The position numbers and the translations under genes were made by a program. Shown in pieces: positions 10,466-19,967 of a stretch of 64,000 bases of DNA; the first letter of the stretch is position 1, and each line of letters opens with the position of its first letter. A model generated the notes under the pieces. That model did not search any database. It saw nothing but the letters and a program-made list of their open reading frames with translations, and had not been told where the DNA came from. This DNA is from a virus, in IMG/VR virus record IMGVR_UViG_3300030331_006276; one strand, written 5' to 3'.

Positions 10466-10752
10466 TGACAGAAACAATAGTAAAACTTATAAATGATTTT
10501 GGATTTCCAATATTCGCTGCTTTTGGTTTAGGTTATTTCGTTTATTATACATGGAATTGGGTAGTAAAAGAAATTAAACCTGTATTAGAAGAATCTACTG
10601 GAACACTTATAGGCTTAATAGATAGGATAAGAATGTTAGATAATGATATGATTAGACTTAATACAAAAATACAGATGATTCTCCAGGAAAAAGAGCAAAT
10701 AGAAAAAGAAAATTTAAAAAGAAATAGACGTATTTTGGATACAAAGCTCTAG
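10465..10752 (+). CDS. YvrJ-like small membrane protein (paralogue 2)
   Basis: LINDFGFPIF + TM + LDNDMIRLNT; clearly paralogous to the preceding ORF. Confidence 0.65.
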   Translation: MTETIVKLINDFGFPIFAAFGLGYFVYYTWNWVVKEIKPVLEESTGTLIGLIDRIRMLDNDMIRLNTKIQMILQEKEQIEKENLKRNRRILDTKL

Positions 10753-10782
10753 CAATATATATTAATGTAGGTAAATAGTGTT

Positions 10783-11256
10783 ATGAAATATATTTTATTG
10801 TTATTTCTTTTTTGTAGCAGCGCTTTAGCTGATCAATTAACGTTTAAGTTTAAGTCACCTTCGTTTAATGGTATCGGCTATAGCTCGCATAAAATTAATT
10901 TAGAGAATATTTCAGCTGCTAGAAAAAAGACTATAAAAGATGAAATTCGGTCATTACAGATTCAAGCTAATCTAGCTGCACAAAGAACTCCTTTGAATGT
11001 TTTTATGACTAATCTTCAGTCACGAATTTATTCAGAGCTTTCTAAGCAAGTTACTGAGCAGTTATTTGCTGATACGGGTTCAGATTCTGGTTCATTTGAT
11101 TTAGATGGGAATACTATTTCATGGTATAGAATTTCAAATCAAATTAATTTAACCGTTACAGATACTGACGGTGACATTACTGAAATTTTGATTCCAATAG
11201 GATCGCTCTTACTGCCAGAGCCTACAACTAATGAAGAAACTACTACTACTGACTAG
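10783..11256 (+). CDS. csgF: Curli assembly protein CsgF-like
   Basis: Signal peptide; LTFKFKSPSFNG; LQSRIYSELS; GSFDLDGNTI; directly upstream of csgG. Confidence 0.85.
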   Translation: MKYILLLFLFCSSALADQLTFKFKSPSFNGIGYSSHKINLENISAARKKTIKDEIRSLQIQANLAAQRTPLNVFMTNLQSRIYSELSKQVTEQLFADTGSDSGSFDLDGNTISWYRISNQINLTVTDTDGDITEILIPIGSLLLPEPTTNEETTTTD

Positions 11257-12028
11257 CTTAAGCTTATTGCTTTTAGGTGGTTGTAGTACTTTTCAAAATG
11301 GTCCAGATCAGCTTCCTATAGTAGCGCCTACTCCTCTTAATATAGAGCTAAATGAATTACCTATATTAGATGGTGATCCTATATATGTTGGAGTATCAGA
11401 TTTTAAAGACCTTACTGGTCAACGTAAACAATCAGATAATTACGCGAGTTTTTCTTCTGCTGTTACTCAAGGAGCAGAAGCATGGTTAATTGAATCTTTA
11501 TTAGAAACTGGTGATTGGTTTAAAGTTTTAGAGAGAGGTCAACTTGATAGTATTATGCGTGAACGCGCAGTAGTACAACAAACTAGAGAAGATTTTACTG
11601 ATGATGATGAAACGGGACTTAAACCTATGCTTTTCGCTGGGCTACTTATTCATGGTGGTATTATTGGATACGATACTAACTATGTTACTGGTGGTGTTGG
11701 AGCTTCATATTTAGGATTAGGAGCAGCTGAACAACATAGAAAAGATGTAGTAACTGTTTCTATAAGATTTGTTAGTACTTTAACAAGTGAAATTTTATTA
11801 TCTTCAACAGTATCTAAAACTATATATTCTACTTCATTAGGTAGCGATGTATTTAAATATGTTAAAAATGATATTAATCCGCTTGAAATAGAGTATGGAT
11901 TTGCAAAAAATGAAATGGTCTCAGTAGCTACTAGAGCAGCTATAGATTTAGCTATTATTAATTTAATTAATAAAGGCGAAGAAAAGGGTATGTGGAAATT
12001 TATAAATACCCCAGCAGAAGATAATTAA
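11231..12028 (+). CDS. csgG: Curli secretion channel lipoprotein CsgG
   Basis: Lipobox LGGC; FKDLTGQRK; FSSAVTQGA; WFKVLER; GGIIGYD; DVVTVSIRFVS. Confidence 0.92.
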   Translation: MKKLLLLTSLSLLLLGGCSTFQNGPDQLPIVAPTPLNIELNELPILDGDPIYVGVSDFKDLTGQRKQSDNYASFSSAVTQGAEAWLIESLLETGDWFKVLERGQLDSIMRERAVVQQTREDFTDDDETGLKPMLFAGLLIHGGIIGYDTNYVTGGVGASYLGLGAAEQHRKDVVTVSIRFVSTLTSEILLSSTVSKTIYSTSLGSDVFKYVKNDINPLEIEYGFAKNEMVSVATRAAIDLAIINLINKGEEKGMWKFINTPAEDN

Positions 12029-12055
12029 ATTACTGTTTTTTTAATAAATACTTTT

Positions 12056-12835
12056 ATGAAAACAAAAGTATTCCTTTTTAGTATACTTGCTTCAGCAGGC
12101 TTAACTCTGGGTAGTAATGAAATCTATTTAGATCAAGTTGGAAGTGCAGGTATTTTTAATATATCGCAAATTGGTTCTTCTAATAAATTAGGTGAAGGAA
12201 CTAATAGATCACGAATTGAAGGTGAAGAAGTTGTATTTAATGTTGCAACTATTGGTAATCAAAACTTAGTAGATATTGATTCTATTGGTAATGAAGAAGA
12301 AGTAAATCTTCAAGTTGAAGGTGATGCTAATGAATTTGTATTAGCTTTAGAAGGAGATCAAAATACTGTAAATGCTTTTGTAGCTGGTGATTCTAATAAT
12401 GTATTGATTGCTGGTAATCAAGAAGATACACAAAAAGCTACTGTTAATAATGGATTAATTAATTTAAATGTTGAAGGATCTACAAATGATGTTGAGTTGC
12501 TTTTATTTGATACTTCATATACCTTTACTGATTATTTTATAGGTGGTTCTTTAAATACTATTAGCTCATATCAAGAAGGTCACGGAGGTCTAATTGGTCA
12601 CTCTCAATTAGTTGATGTTTTCGGAAGTAGTAATAATTTATTAGTATCGCAAGTAGGTTCCGAAAGTCAATTCTTAGAACTTTCAATCTTAGGTAATGAA
12701 AACAATTATCAAATATTCCAAACTGATGGAGCGTTTGACCCAACATTTATGCCTGAGCAAACTGGCAACTCTGTTACTCCTGTTAATGAGTTCTCTAATC
12801 CAGATGGTCCCCCTCAGGGCAACGTTAATCCTTAG
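12056..12835 (+). CDS. Curlin-like (CsgA/CsgB-type) repeat protein
   Basis: Signal peptide; NEIYLDQVG; repeated Q/xxGxxN beta-solenoid units. Confidence 0.75.
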   Translation: MKTKVFLFSILASAGLTLGSNEIYLDQVGSAGIFNISQIGSSNKLGEGTNRSRIEGEEVVFNVATIGNQNLVDIDSIGNEEEVNLQVEGDANEFVLALEGDQNTVNAFVAGDSNNVLIAGNQEDTQKATVNNGLINLNVEGSTNDVELLLFDTSYTFTDYFIGGSLNTISSYQEGHGGLIGHSQLVDVFGSSNNLLVSQVGSESQFLELSILGNENNYQIFQTDGAFDPTFMPEQTGNSVTPVNEFSNPDGPPQGNVNP

Positions 12836-13724
12836 TATACTTTGTTTATTTGTTAGTACTAGTTTAGCTAAAGTTGGTAACGTAACTGCTCAAACAAGAG
12901 CAGCTCAGATCACCCGTAAAGGTGATAAGATTTTAACGGAAGTTGATACTCCTGTTGAAATGCGCGATCTTATACAGACGTTAAAAGGTAGAACTGATAT
13001 TAAATTTGTAGACGATACTAAGGTAAGTGTTACTGAATACTCTAAGCTTATTATAGATGAGTTTGTTTATAATCCGGAAAAGAAAACTGGTAAATTATCT
13101 CTTAAGGCTGCTTTAGGTACTATAAGATATTCTTCAGGTAAAATAGCTAGAAACTCTGGACAAAATGTAAAGATAAAATCTCCTACTGCATCAGTTTCGG
13201 TTAGAGGTACAGATTTTACTATGAATGTTCAAGAAGATGGAGCAAGTAGTTTTATACTTTTACCATCAGTAGATGACTCTGGTAAAAGTTATGTAGGTTC
13301 AATTGATGTATCTACTCTGGGAGGCAAGGTTACTTTAAATCAAGCTTATCAAGCTACTACAGTAACTACTGCTATTGCTCCTCCTACTCCACCTCAAATT
13401 ATAAAACAAGACGGACCAGGAGAGCCTAAGAAAAAAGATAATGTTGATAACGAAAATAACGCAGTAGAAAATGAAAATGAAGATAAAGAAAAAGATGATT
13501 TTGACGATATAAAAATTAAAAGAAAAGAAAAACAAATAATGAATACGTTTTTAAAAATGGAAGATGGTAGATATGTTTTCTTCTCTAAAGATAAAGATAA
13601 TATGATATCATTAATTGTTGAAGATGGTAGTAATGTTACTGTTAATTATGATAATAAAGGTAGTGTTATAAACGCTAAGTTTAATTCTGGTAACAACGTT
13701 CAATTTAATATAAAACAGCAATGA
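12804..13724 (+). CDS. Secreted FecR-domain protein
   Basis: Likely start MVPLRAT at 12804 with a signal peptide; IKFVDDTKVSVTEYSKLIIDEFVY; TASVSVRGTDF. Confidence 0.85.
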   Translation: MVPLRATLILSILCLFVSTSLAKVGNVTAQTRAAQITRKGDKILTEVDTPVEMRDLIQTLKGRTDIKFVDDTKVSVTEYSKLIIDEFVYNPEKKTGKLSLKAALGTIRYSSGKIARNSGQNVKIKSPTASVSVRGTDFTMNVQEDGASSFILLPSVDDSGKSYVGSIDVSTLGGKVTLNQAYQATTVTTAIAPPTPPQIIKQDGPGEPKKKDNVDNENNAVENENEDKEKDDFDDIKIKRKEKQIMNTFLKMEDGRYVFFSKDKDNMISLIVEDGSNVTVNYDNKGSVINAKFNSGNNVQFNIKQQ

Positions 13725-15778
13725 AATTTTTTAATATTAACAACTATGCTATATGCTTAGTTATAACAGTACTTTTAGCTTGTATAAGAATTCTTGATCC
13801 GTTTTTTATAGAAACTGCAAGACTAAAAGGTTTAGATTATTATCAAAATAAACAAGATAAAGTAAAATCTGAAAATATAGCTATTATAGAAATAGACGAA
13901 GATAGTTTAGATGAATATGGACAATGGCCTTGGAAACGAGATTTAATAGCTCAAGGTATTATAAAAGCTTATGAAAGTGGAGCTCAATTAGTTGTAGTGC
14001 CTATATTATTTGCAGAAAAAGATAGACTAGGCGGTGATCAAGAGCTTATAGACTTGCTTGCTGAAGCTCCGGTGATTATAGGTCAATCAGCAAGTACTAA
14101 AGGTAAAGGTGAACCTGTACCTAGAGGGTTAGCTACCATAGGTGAAAGTTTAGATGGTTGGTTGTATGACTATCCAGAAGCAATTGGCCCTGTAAAAGAA
14201 CTCGGTGAAGTAGCCGCGGGAGTAGGAATGATATTAACAGCTCCTGAACTCGATGGAGTAGTTAGAAGAATGCCTTTAGTTATTCAAATTAAAGGAGAAG
14301 CTTATCCAACTATACCTTTAGAAGTTATAAGGTTATTTGCTGGTGAACAGTCTTATCAAGCTAAGGTAAATTTAGCAGGGGTAGAAGCTATAAGAGTACC
14401 AGGTTTTGATCCTATAGTAACTGATGAAAACTCTAGAGTATGGATTAATTTTAAATATGAATTTGACAAAGTTTCATTTAAAGATGCTGATTGGTCAGCT
14501 GTGCAAGATAAGATAGCTATAATAGGTTTAACAGGAGAGGGTTTAGCAAATACTATAGCTACTTCTACAGGTATAAGTTATGGACATGAAGTTAATAGTC
14601 ATGCTTTACAAATGATTATAGATGAATCACGATTAGTTAGACCTGCTGAAGCTAAATTATTTGAAGTTGTAATTACTGCTGCTTTTTGCTCTCTTCTTAT
14701 ATTGGGAGCACTATTTTTATCATATAAATTTAGCTTTATAATTATAGTTCTTTCTTTAGCTGCTGGTCCTATAGCAGGAAATATTTTATTTGATAAACAT
14801 GGATGGTTAATCGATTATACTTGGCCTTTTGCTTGTATTTTTATAGTATGGTCATGCGCTACTTTTCTTCGTTATATAGCTGAAAGTAAAAGTAAAAAAT
14901 TGATTAAAAAGCAATTTGAACATTATCTTGCTCCTCCTATAGTAAAGCTTCTACAAAAAGATCCTTCGCAACTTAAACTAGGAGGCGATACTAGAGAGCT
15001 TTCTATACTCTTTAGTGATCTAAGAGGATTCACTACTATTAGTGAACATTTTAAATCTAATCCGCAAGGTTTAACTGAGTTAGTTAATAGATATTTAACA
15101 CCCATGACCGGTTGTGTAATCGACTATCAAGGTACAGTAGATAAATTTATTGGAGATGCTTTAATGGCTTTTTGGAACGCGCCTTTAGATATAAAGGATC
15201 ATAGAATTCATTCTATTCGATGTGGATTAAAAATGTTTGATCTATTAGCTGAACTTAATCGTGAAGTAATGAATGAAGGTATTAGCGAGCTAAAAATTGG
15301 AGTAGGTATTAATACAGGTGATGTTGTAGTTGGTAATATGGGTTCAGAGCAAAGATTTGATTATACTTGTTTAGGTGATGCAGTTAATTTATCATCTAGA
15401 TTAGAAGGCCAAACTAAAGAGTATAGAGTAGGTTTAATAGTAGGTGAAAATACTACATTAGGAATTACTTCTGTTTTTAATTTTGTTGAATTAGATAAAA
15501 TAGCAGTTAAAGGTAAAAAAGAAGGTATAAAAATATTTACAGTACTAAATGATACGGGATTAGCAGCTCATGGAGGCAATCCAAAAAAGCATAATATGTT
15601 TTTAGAATTATATAGATCACGTAAATGGAAATTAGCTTTAGAAAAAGCTAATGAAAATAAAAAAACTTATCCTGAATTAGTAGACTATTATGATATGATG
15701 ATTGAAAGGATAGAGCATCTTAAATTAGATGACCCTGGCAAAGATTGGGATACAATCTTTAGAGCTACTTCGAAATGA
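13721..15778 (+). CDS. CHASE2 sensor + class III adenylate cyclase
   Basis: GQWPWKRD and DGVVRRMPL (CHASE2); 3 TM; FSDLRGFT, DKFIGDA, RFDYTCLGDAVNLSSRLE. Confidence 0.95.
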   Translation: MKFFNINNYAICLVITVLLACIRILDPFFIETARLKGLDYYQNKQDKVKSENIAIIEIDEDSLDEYGQWPWKRDLIAQGIIKAYESGAQLVVVPILFAEKDRLGGDQELIDLLAEAPVIIGQSASTKGKGEPVPRGLATIGESLDGWLYDYPEAIGPVKELGEVAAGVGMILTAPELDGVVRRMPLVIQIKGEAYPTIPLEVIRLFAGEQSYQAKVNLAGVEAIRVPGFDPIVTDENSRVWINFKYEFDKVSFKDADWSAVQDKIAIIGLTGEGLANTIATSTGISYGHEVNSHALQMIIDESRLVRPAEAKLFEVVITAAFCSLLILGALFLSYKFSFIIIVLSLAAGPIAGNILFDKHGWLIDYTWPFACIFIVWSCATFLRYIAESKSKKLIKKQFEHYLAPPIVKLLQKDPSQLKLGGDTRELSILFSDLRGFTTISEHFKSNPQGLTELVNRYLTPMTGCVIDYQGTVDKFIGDALMAFWNAPLDIKDHRIHSIRCGLKMFDLLAELNREVMNEGISELKIGVGINTGDVVVGNMGSEQRFDYTCLGDAVNLSSRLEGQTKEYRVGLIVGENTTLGITSVFNFVELDKIAVKGKKEGIKIFTVLNDTGLAAHGGNPKKHNMFLELYRSRKWKLALEKANENKKTYPELVDYYDMMIERIEHLKLDDPGKDWDTIFRATSK

Positions 15779-15917
15779 TAAAGGAACAAATAGCCCATGC
15801 AGGACCTACTGTTAAAAATGTTCCAAGTATCCAAAAACCTAAGTATAACAAAAACCTCTTTAATGTACTATTTACTAAAGGAAAAAATTCCCTATCATTA
15901 GCTTTAGTAATAATCAT
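15765..15917 (-). CDS. 50-aa membrane peptide
   Basis: Hand-translated MIITKANDREFFPLVNSTLKRFLLYLGFWILG...; follows dpdA. Confidence 0.45.
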   Translation of the reverse strand: MIITKANDREFFPLVNSTLKRFLLYLGFWILGTFLTVGPAWAICSFIISK

Positions 15918-15943
15918 TTGCTGATTATCTTTCACTAATTTAT

Positions 15944-16756
15944 TTAATCTAAAAGAAGCTTTTTAAACTCAGAAGTATTATATAGAATATCTGCTCGCTG
16001 CTCTGCAGTAGCTTCAACTTTAATAAGATCAGCTAATAACACAGAAGGTTTATCTACTAAGCCAATACCTTTAAGATATCGTTCCCCAACAATACCAGCA
16101 ACTACAGGGTTAGAAGTATCTAAAGATCTTATACCTTTAATCCATTTATAATCTTTAAACTCACATGCTAGAGAACAACCAAGTAAATGATGAGGCTTAT
16201 TATAATTCCATACACCATCTTCAGTAAGCATTTTAATAAGACGCCTTCTACCTTTATATTGCCTATGTAATATTTGTTGTTTATAACTATAACGAGATCC
16301 AGAAACTAAAGAAGCAACTCCTTGATACCATGAATAGTCAAAAGAGATAGCAATATAATCAGCATTTTCATTCATATACTTATAACAATCAACTATTTCT
16401 TGATAGGTAGTACCTTGTACAACACCTATTTTTAAACCAGGTAGATCAGGATAGTTAAGACAAAACTTATGAAAAGAAGATATGGTAGCTTGACTATCTT
16501 CTAATACATCAGGCACTACATAATAAGTAGGTTTAAGCTCTTCAACATACTCAGCAAATTTTTTAGAATCGAAGGCCTTTCCAAGCTCAAAGATAGAGTT
16601 ATCAAGCAATACCTCTCTACCAAGAGTTAAAGAAACTTTAAAGAAGTTGTAATACTCAGGATATTTTTCAAATAGATGAACTAAAGCATAATCATAATCG
16701 TTATAATTACGCGATTCATCTAACATCGAAATAGGAGATTCATGACTTACTAGCAT
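15944..16756 (-). CDS. dpdA: DNA 7-deazaguanine transglycosylase (TGT fold, DpdA family; possibly DpdA3-like)
   Basis: LLDNSIFELG, VVPDVLED, GVVQG, AISFD, HHLLG, SLDTSNP motifs; same strand as the queF operon. Confidence 0.75.
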   Translation of the reverse strand: MLVSHESPISMLDESRNYNDYDYALVHLFEKYPEYYNFFKVSLTLGREVLLDNSIFELGKAFDSKKFAEYVEELKPTYYVVPDVLEDSQATISSFHKFCLNYPDLPGLKIGVVQGTTYQEIVDCYKYMNENADYIAISFDYSWYQGVASLVSGSRYSYKQQILHRQYKGRRRLIKMLTEDGVWNYNKPHHLLGCSLACEFKDYKWIKGIRSLDTSNPVVAGIVGERYLKGIGLVDKPSVLLADLIKVEATAEQRADILYNTSEFKKLLLD

Positions 16757-16804
16757 ACCTTATTATAGGTACTTGAGTTAAAGATTCAACGATTAAATAT
16801 ATTT

Positions 16805-17566
16805 GTGAGTGGTTTTGTAAGAGGCTCTAATTTAGGAAATGAATATAAAAGAGATGAGCAATCTTTTTTTAAAGGCATTGTTGTAAAAAATAGTGATCCA
16901 GAGCAACTACTCCGTGTTAAGGTCTATATTCCTGAAGTATCTAATCAACCTTTAGAAAATTGGTTAAAAGCATACGAGGATAGCAGTATTAATATTCGTT
17001 TTCCTGGGACAAATATTCCAGGATCTAGTTGGTCAGATACTAAAATTTTTGAAGACATATCAAAATTCTTACCTTGGGCTGAACCTGTTCTTCCAATTTT
17101 AGGGGAGAGTGGTCCTATGCGTTATAACGGTCCATCTGAATTAGGTATAAATTCTGAGACAAATTATAAAGAAGGGTGGCAAACTAATGATGAAACACCA
17201 CCTACAATAGAAGAAGGGTCGTTTGCACCAGCATATGCTTATGAAAATCTTGAAACAAATATAGGCGATGCATATACAAATCCAACAGACAATTTTACAG
17301 TAAATAATAATCCCTATGGTCAAGACTTTCAACCAATTAACTATACTAATGCACCAGCTGGTAATTATAGTATACCGAGAGTTGGAGCACATGTATGGGT
17401 ATTTCACTATAGAGGTAATTTAAATTTTCCAGTATATTTTGGTGGAAGAGTAAGTTATAGAGATACTGGACCAATCTTTGCTGATGGACCAGCTCCGGAA
17501 GGAGGGGGACCTGCTCCAAGTCAAGACTATCCAGATGAATTTGAAAATAAACCAGCAGTATCTTAA
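16805..17566 (+). CDS. Baseplate hub gp5/VgrG-like N-terminal OB-fold protein
   Basis: KGIVVKNSDPEQLLRVKVYIP ... IPRVGAHVWVFHYRGNLNFPVYFG. Confidence 0.8.
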   Translation: MSGFVRGSNLGNEYKRDEQSFFKGIVVKNSDPEQLLRVKVYIPEVSNQPLENWLKAYEDSSINIRFPGTNIPGSSWSDTKIFEDISKFLPWAEPVLPILGESGPMRYNGPSELGINSETNYKEGWQTNDETPPTIEEGSFAPAYAYENLETNIGDAYTNPTDNFTVNNNPYGQDFQPINYTNAPAGNYSIPRVGAHVWVFHYRGNLNFPVYFGGRVSYRDTGPIFADGPAPEGGGPAPSQDYPDEFENKPAVS

Positions 17567-19335
17567 TGAGTAGACAAGAAGCATCAGAACAAGAATATAG
17601 AAATAAGTTTGTTTGGAAACAAAAAGGCGGAGCTATAGAGATAAACAACTCTGATAATAGAGAAGCAGTTAATATATCACATTTTTCTGGCTCTAATGTT
17701 AAAATTAACAATAACGTTAACAGTGAATTAGCTACTAATAACAAACAAACTAAAGTTAATAATGATAGTTTTGAAACAGTATTAAATGATAAAAATGTAT
17801 ATACTGGTAAAGACTATATTGAAAGAGTTGTTGAAAATACTTACAAATATAAAGGCTTTAGTAATCAAGATGAAATTGATGCAGCAGAAGAATGGAAAGA
17901 ATTATATAGACCTATAGCTGAAAATAATGCCCAGTTTGAAATATTAAGAGGTGGTAAGAGTTACCCTAATGGAGTTGATACACCACAATCGGGAGGACGA
18001 GCTCCTAACTCTACAGTTCGTCAAGAACATTATGTTATAAATGATAGGTACCCAGGTTACGGTCTTCCTCCTATAGTAGATTTTGAAACAGATCAAGTAG
18101 AAGGGTATACACCTGTATCTCCGACAGTTAATCCCGGGGTACTGTTTGGCGTTAACCCTACTATTGCAGATATTGATACAGGTTCTGGACCTGGTGGATA
18201 TGCTTCAAACTCTGATGGTGTTGTAAAATATGGTCCAGCAGAAAATGCTGCTACAGAAGGCGGTGAATGGGCTTCAAACCCTGTACATACACGTTTACCG
18301 GATGATCTTCTAAAATTACAAGATGATCTTAATCCTGTTGAACAACGAATGGGTAATGGTGGCGATGAAGAAGAGTTTACTTATAGAAATAAGCTCGAAG
18401 TTGTTGGTGCTTCTACTAACGATTACCCATCAATACGTATTGATCCAGAAGGAAGATCTCAACCATCTGAAGTTAATGTAGGTATTGATACATCTTATGT
18501 TAATGTTGATAGTGTACCACATGTTGAGGAAGTAGATAATTCAAGCGCTTTTCCAGTTGGAAACTATACATTAAATGTTGGTAATAAGTATGACGTTATT
18601 GTAGGTTCAGGCGGTATACAGCTTAAAACTAGCGGGCCAATAGAGATAGGAGGTACGTCTTTAAAAGTATCTGCACATAAAATTAATTTACAGTCTGCTG
18701 CAGGTGTAAATATATCAAGTGAAAATTTAGTAGAGTTACAATCAGCAAAATCTATCTCATTGAGATCGAATAGACAAATTTTAATTGAACCGGGATTAGG
18801 GGTAAAGAATAATACTGTTATAGGTGGTTCGACTTATACTGAAGGTGAAACATATTTACATCATGTTACAGCCCCAGCTGAAGTTCAAAGAACAGAAGAA
18901 ACTATTGTCTTTTCAAAACTACTTAAAGATTTAAAATTTAAAGCTACAATAAAAGGATTTTCGCAATTAGAAGATCTCTTTACAGGTTCTACAACAGTTA
19001 CAATTACTTTAAAAGAGGATAGTAATGAAGGGTTTGTTGAAGCAGCACCGCATAGCCATCACTTTAAAAATTTACCATTAAGATTAACGGATGGTAATCG
19101 TAGTGTACGTACAATTGCACAAGGTGAAGGTATTAATATTAATGGGTATCAAGCGCAAGCGCAGCCTATTGTTCATGAATATAAAGAACCTACAAATGCA
19201 CCGACACCGCCTCGCGCTTTAACAGTAGAAGATGCTTTTGTTGATCCACACGATAGAACAAGATTGGAACCGGAAGGTCAAATATTACCAGAGCCGGCTG
19301 ATATACCAAAAGACGGAACAAATCCCGTTACATAA
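17566..19335 (+). CDS. Baseplate central spike, gp5 C-terminal-like
   Basis: Coupled to the preceding gene; beta-strand repeats; HVTAP and PHSHHF (HxH) motifs. Confidence 0.6.
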   Translation: MSRQEASEQEYRNKFVWKQKGGAIEINNSDNREAVNISHFSGSNVKINNNVNSELATNNKQTKVNNDSFETVLNDKNVYTGKDYIERVVENTYKYKGFSNQDEIDAAEEWKELYRPIAENNAQFEILRGGKSYPNGVDTPQSGGRAPNSTVRQEHYVINDRYPGYGLPPIVDFETDQVEGYTPVSPTVNPGVLFGVNPTIADIDTGSGPGGYASNSDGVVKYGPAENAATEGGEWASNPVHTRLPDDLLKLQDDLNPVEQRMGNGGDEEEFTYRNKLEVVGASTNDYPSIRIDPEGRSQPSEVNVGIDTSYVNVDSVPHVEEVDNSSAFPVGNYTLNVGNKYDVIVGSGGIQLKTSGPIEIGGTSLKVSAHKINLQSAAGVNISSENLVELQSAKSISLRSNRQILIEPGLGVKNNTVIGGSTYTEGETYLHHVTAPAEVQRTEETIVFSKLLKDLKFKATIKGFSQLEDLFTGSTTVTITLKEDSNEGFVEAAPHSHHFKNLPLRLTDGNRSVRTIAQGEGININGYQAQAQPIVHEYKEPTNAPTPPRALTVEDAFVDPHDRTRLEPEGQILPEPADIPKDGTNPVT

Positions 19336-19954
19336 TTTCGTCAACTAATCCTAATTCTAAACACGTCTTGCTATCAAACCACAAATCGTGCTTTAAAATT
19401 TCACTTAGCTTTTTCATAGGTACGTTAGTATGTGCTTTATAAATGGATTTAATAGTCTCCATTAAATGAGTATTGTTAACCATATCATCTTCAAGCTCGT
19501 TGTACTTACCGTAGGTAGTCGAACTTAACTGATGTATAAGCATCTTTGAATATTTACCCATTGATCTTTTTTTACAAGCAACAGATATAATAGTTGCAGC
19601 AGATGCAGCAGCTCCTTCAATTATAGAATGTACATCACTTTTTAAATTTCTAATAACATCTACAGTAGCTAGACCAGCAAATAAAGACCCTCCATAAGAA
19701 TTAATATGAAGATTAATAACAGGATTAATATCCAAAAATACATTTGTAATAACTAGTTTTTTATCTAATTCATTTAAAGTCGCGTTTAGCTCAAGTGCAT
19801 TAGCTTCTGTAATATCACCGTAAAAATAAATATTATTTTCTACTACTCTTGTTACTGCTCCAGAAGAAGCAGGAGCCGCGTTAATAATATATTGTGGTGA
19901 TGATGAAGGCTGTTCTTCAGTTTCTTCTTCTTGATTTATATATTTCCATTTCAT
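19328..19954 (-). CDS. clpP: ClpP-like serine protease
   Basis: IYFYGDI, INSYGG, AASAA (Ser), MLIHQ (His), DLWF...LGLVDEI; start taken at MKWKY. Confidence 0.85.
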   Translation of the reverse strand: MKWKYINQEEETEEQPSSSPQYIINAAPASSGAVTRVVENNIYFYGDITEANALELNATLNELDKKLVITNVFLDINPVINLHINSYGGSLFAGLATVDVIRNLKSDVHSIIEGAAASAATIISVACKKRSMGKYSKMLIHQLSSTTYGKYNELEDDMVNNTHLMETIKSIYKAHTNVPMKKLSEILKHDLWFDSKTCLELGLVDEIM

Positions 19955-19967
19955 TTTTAAAAAATTT

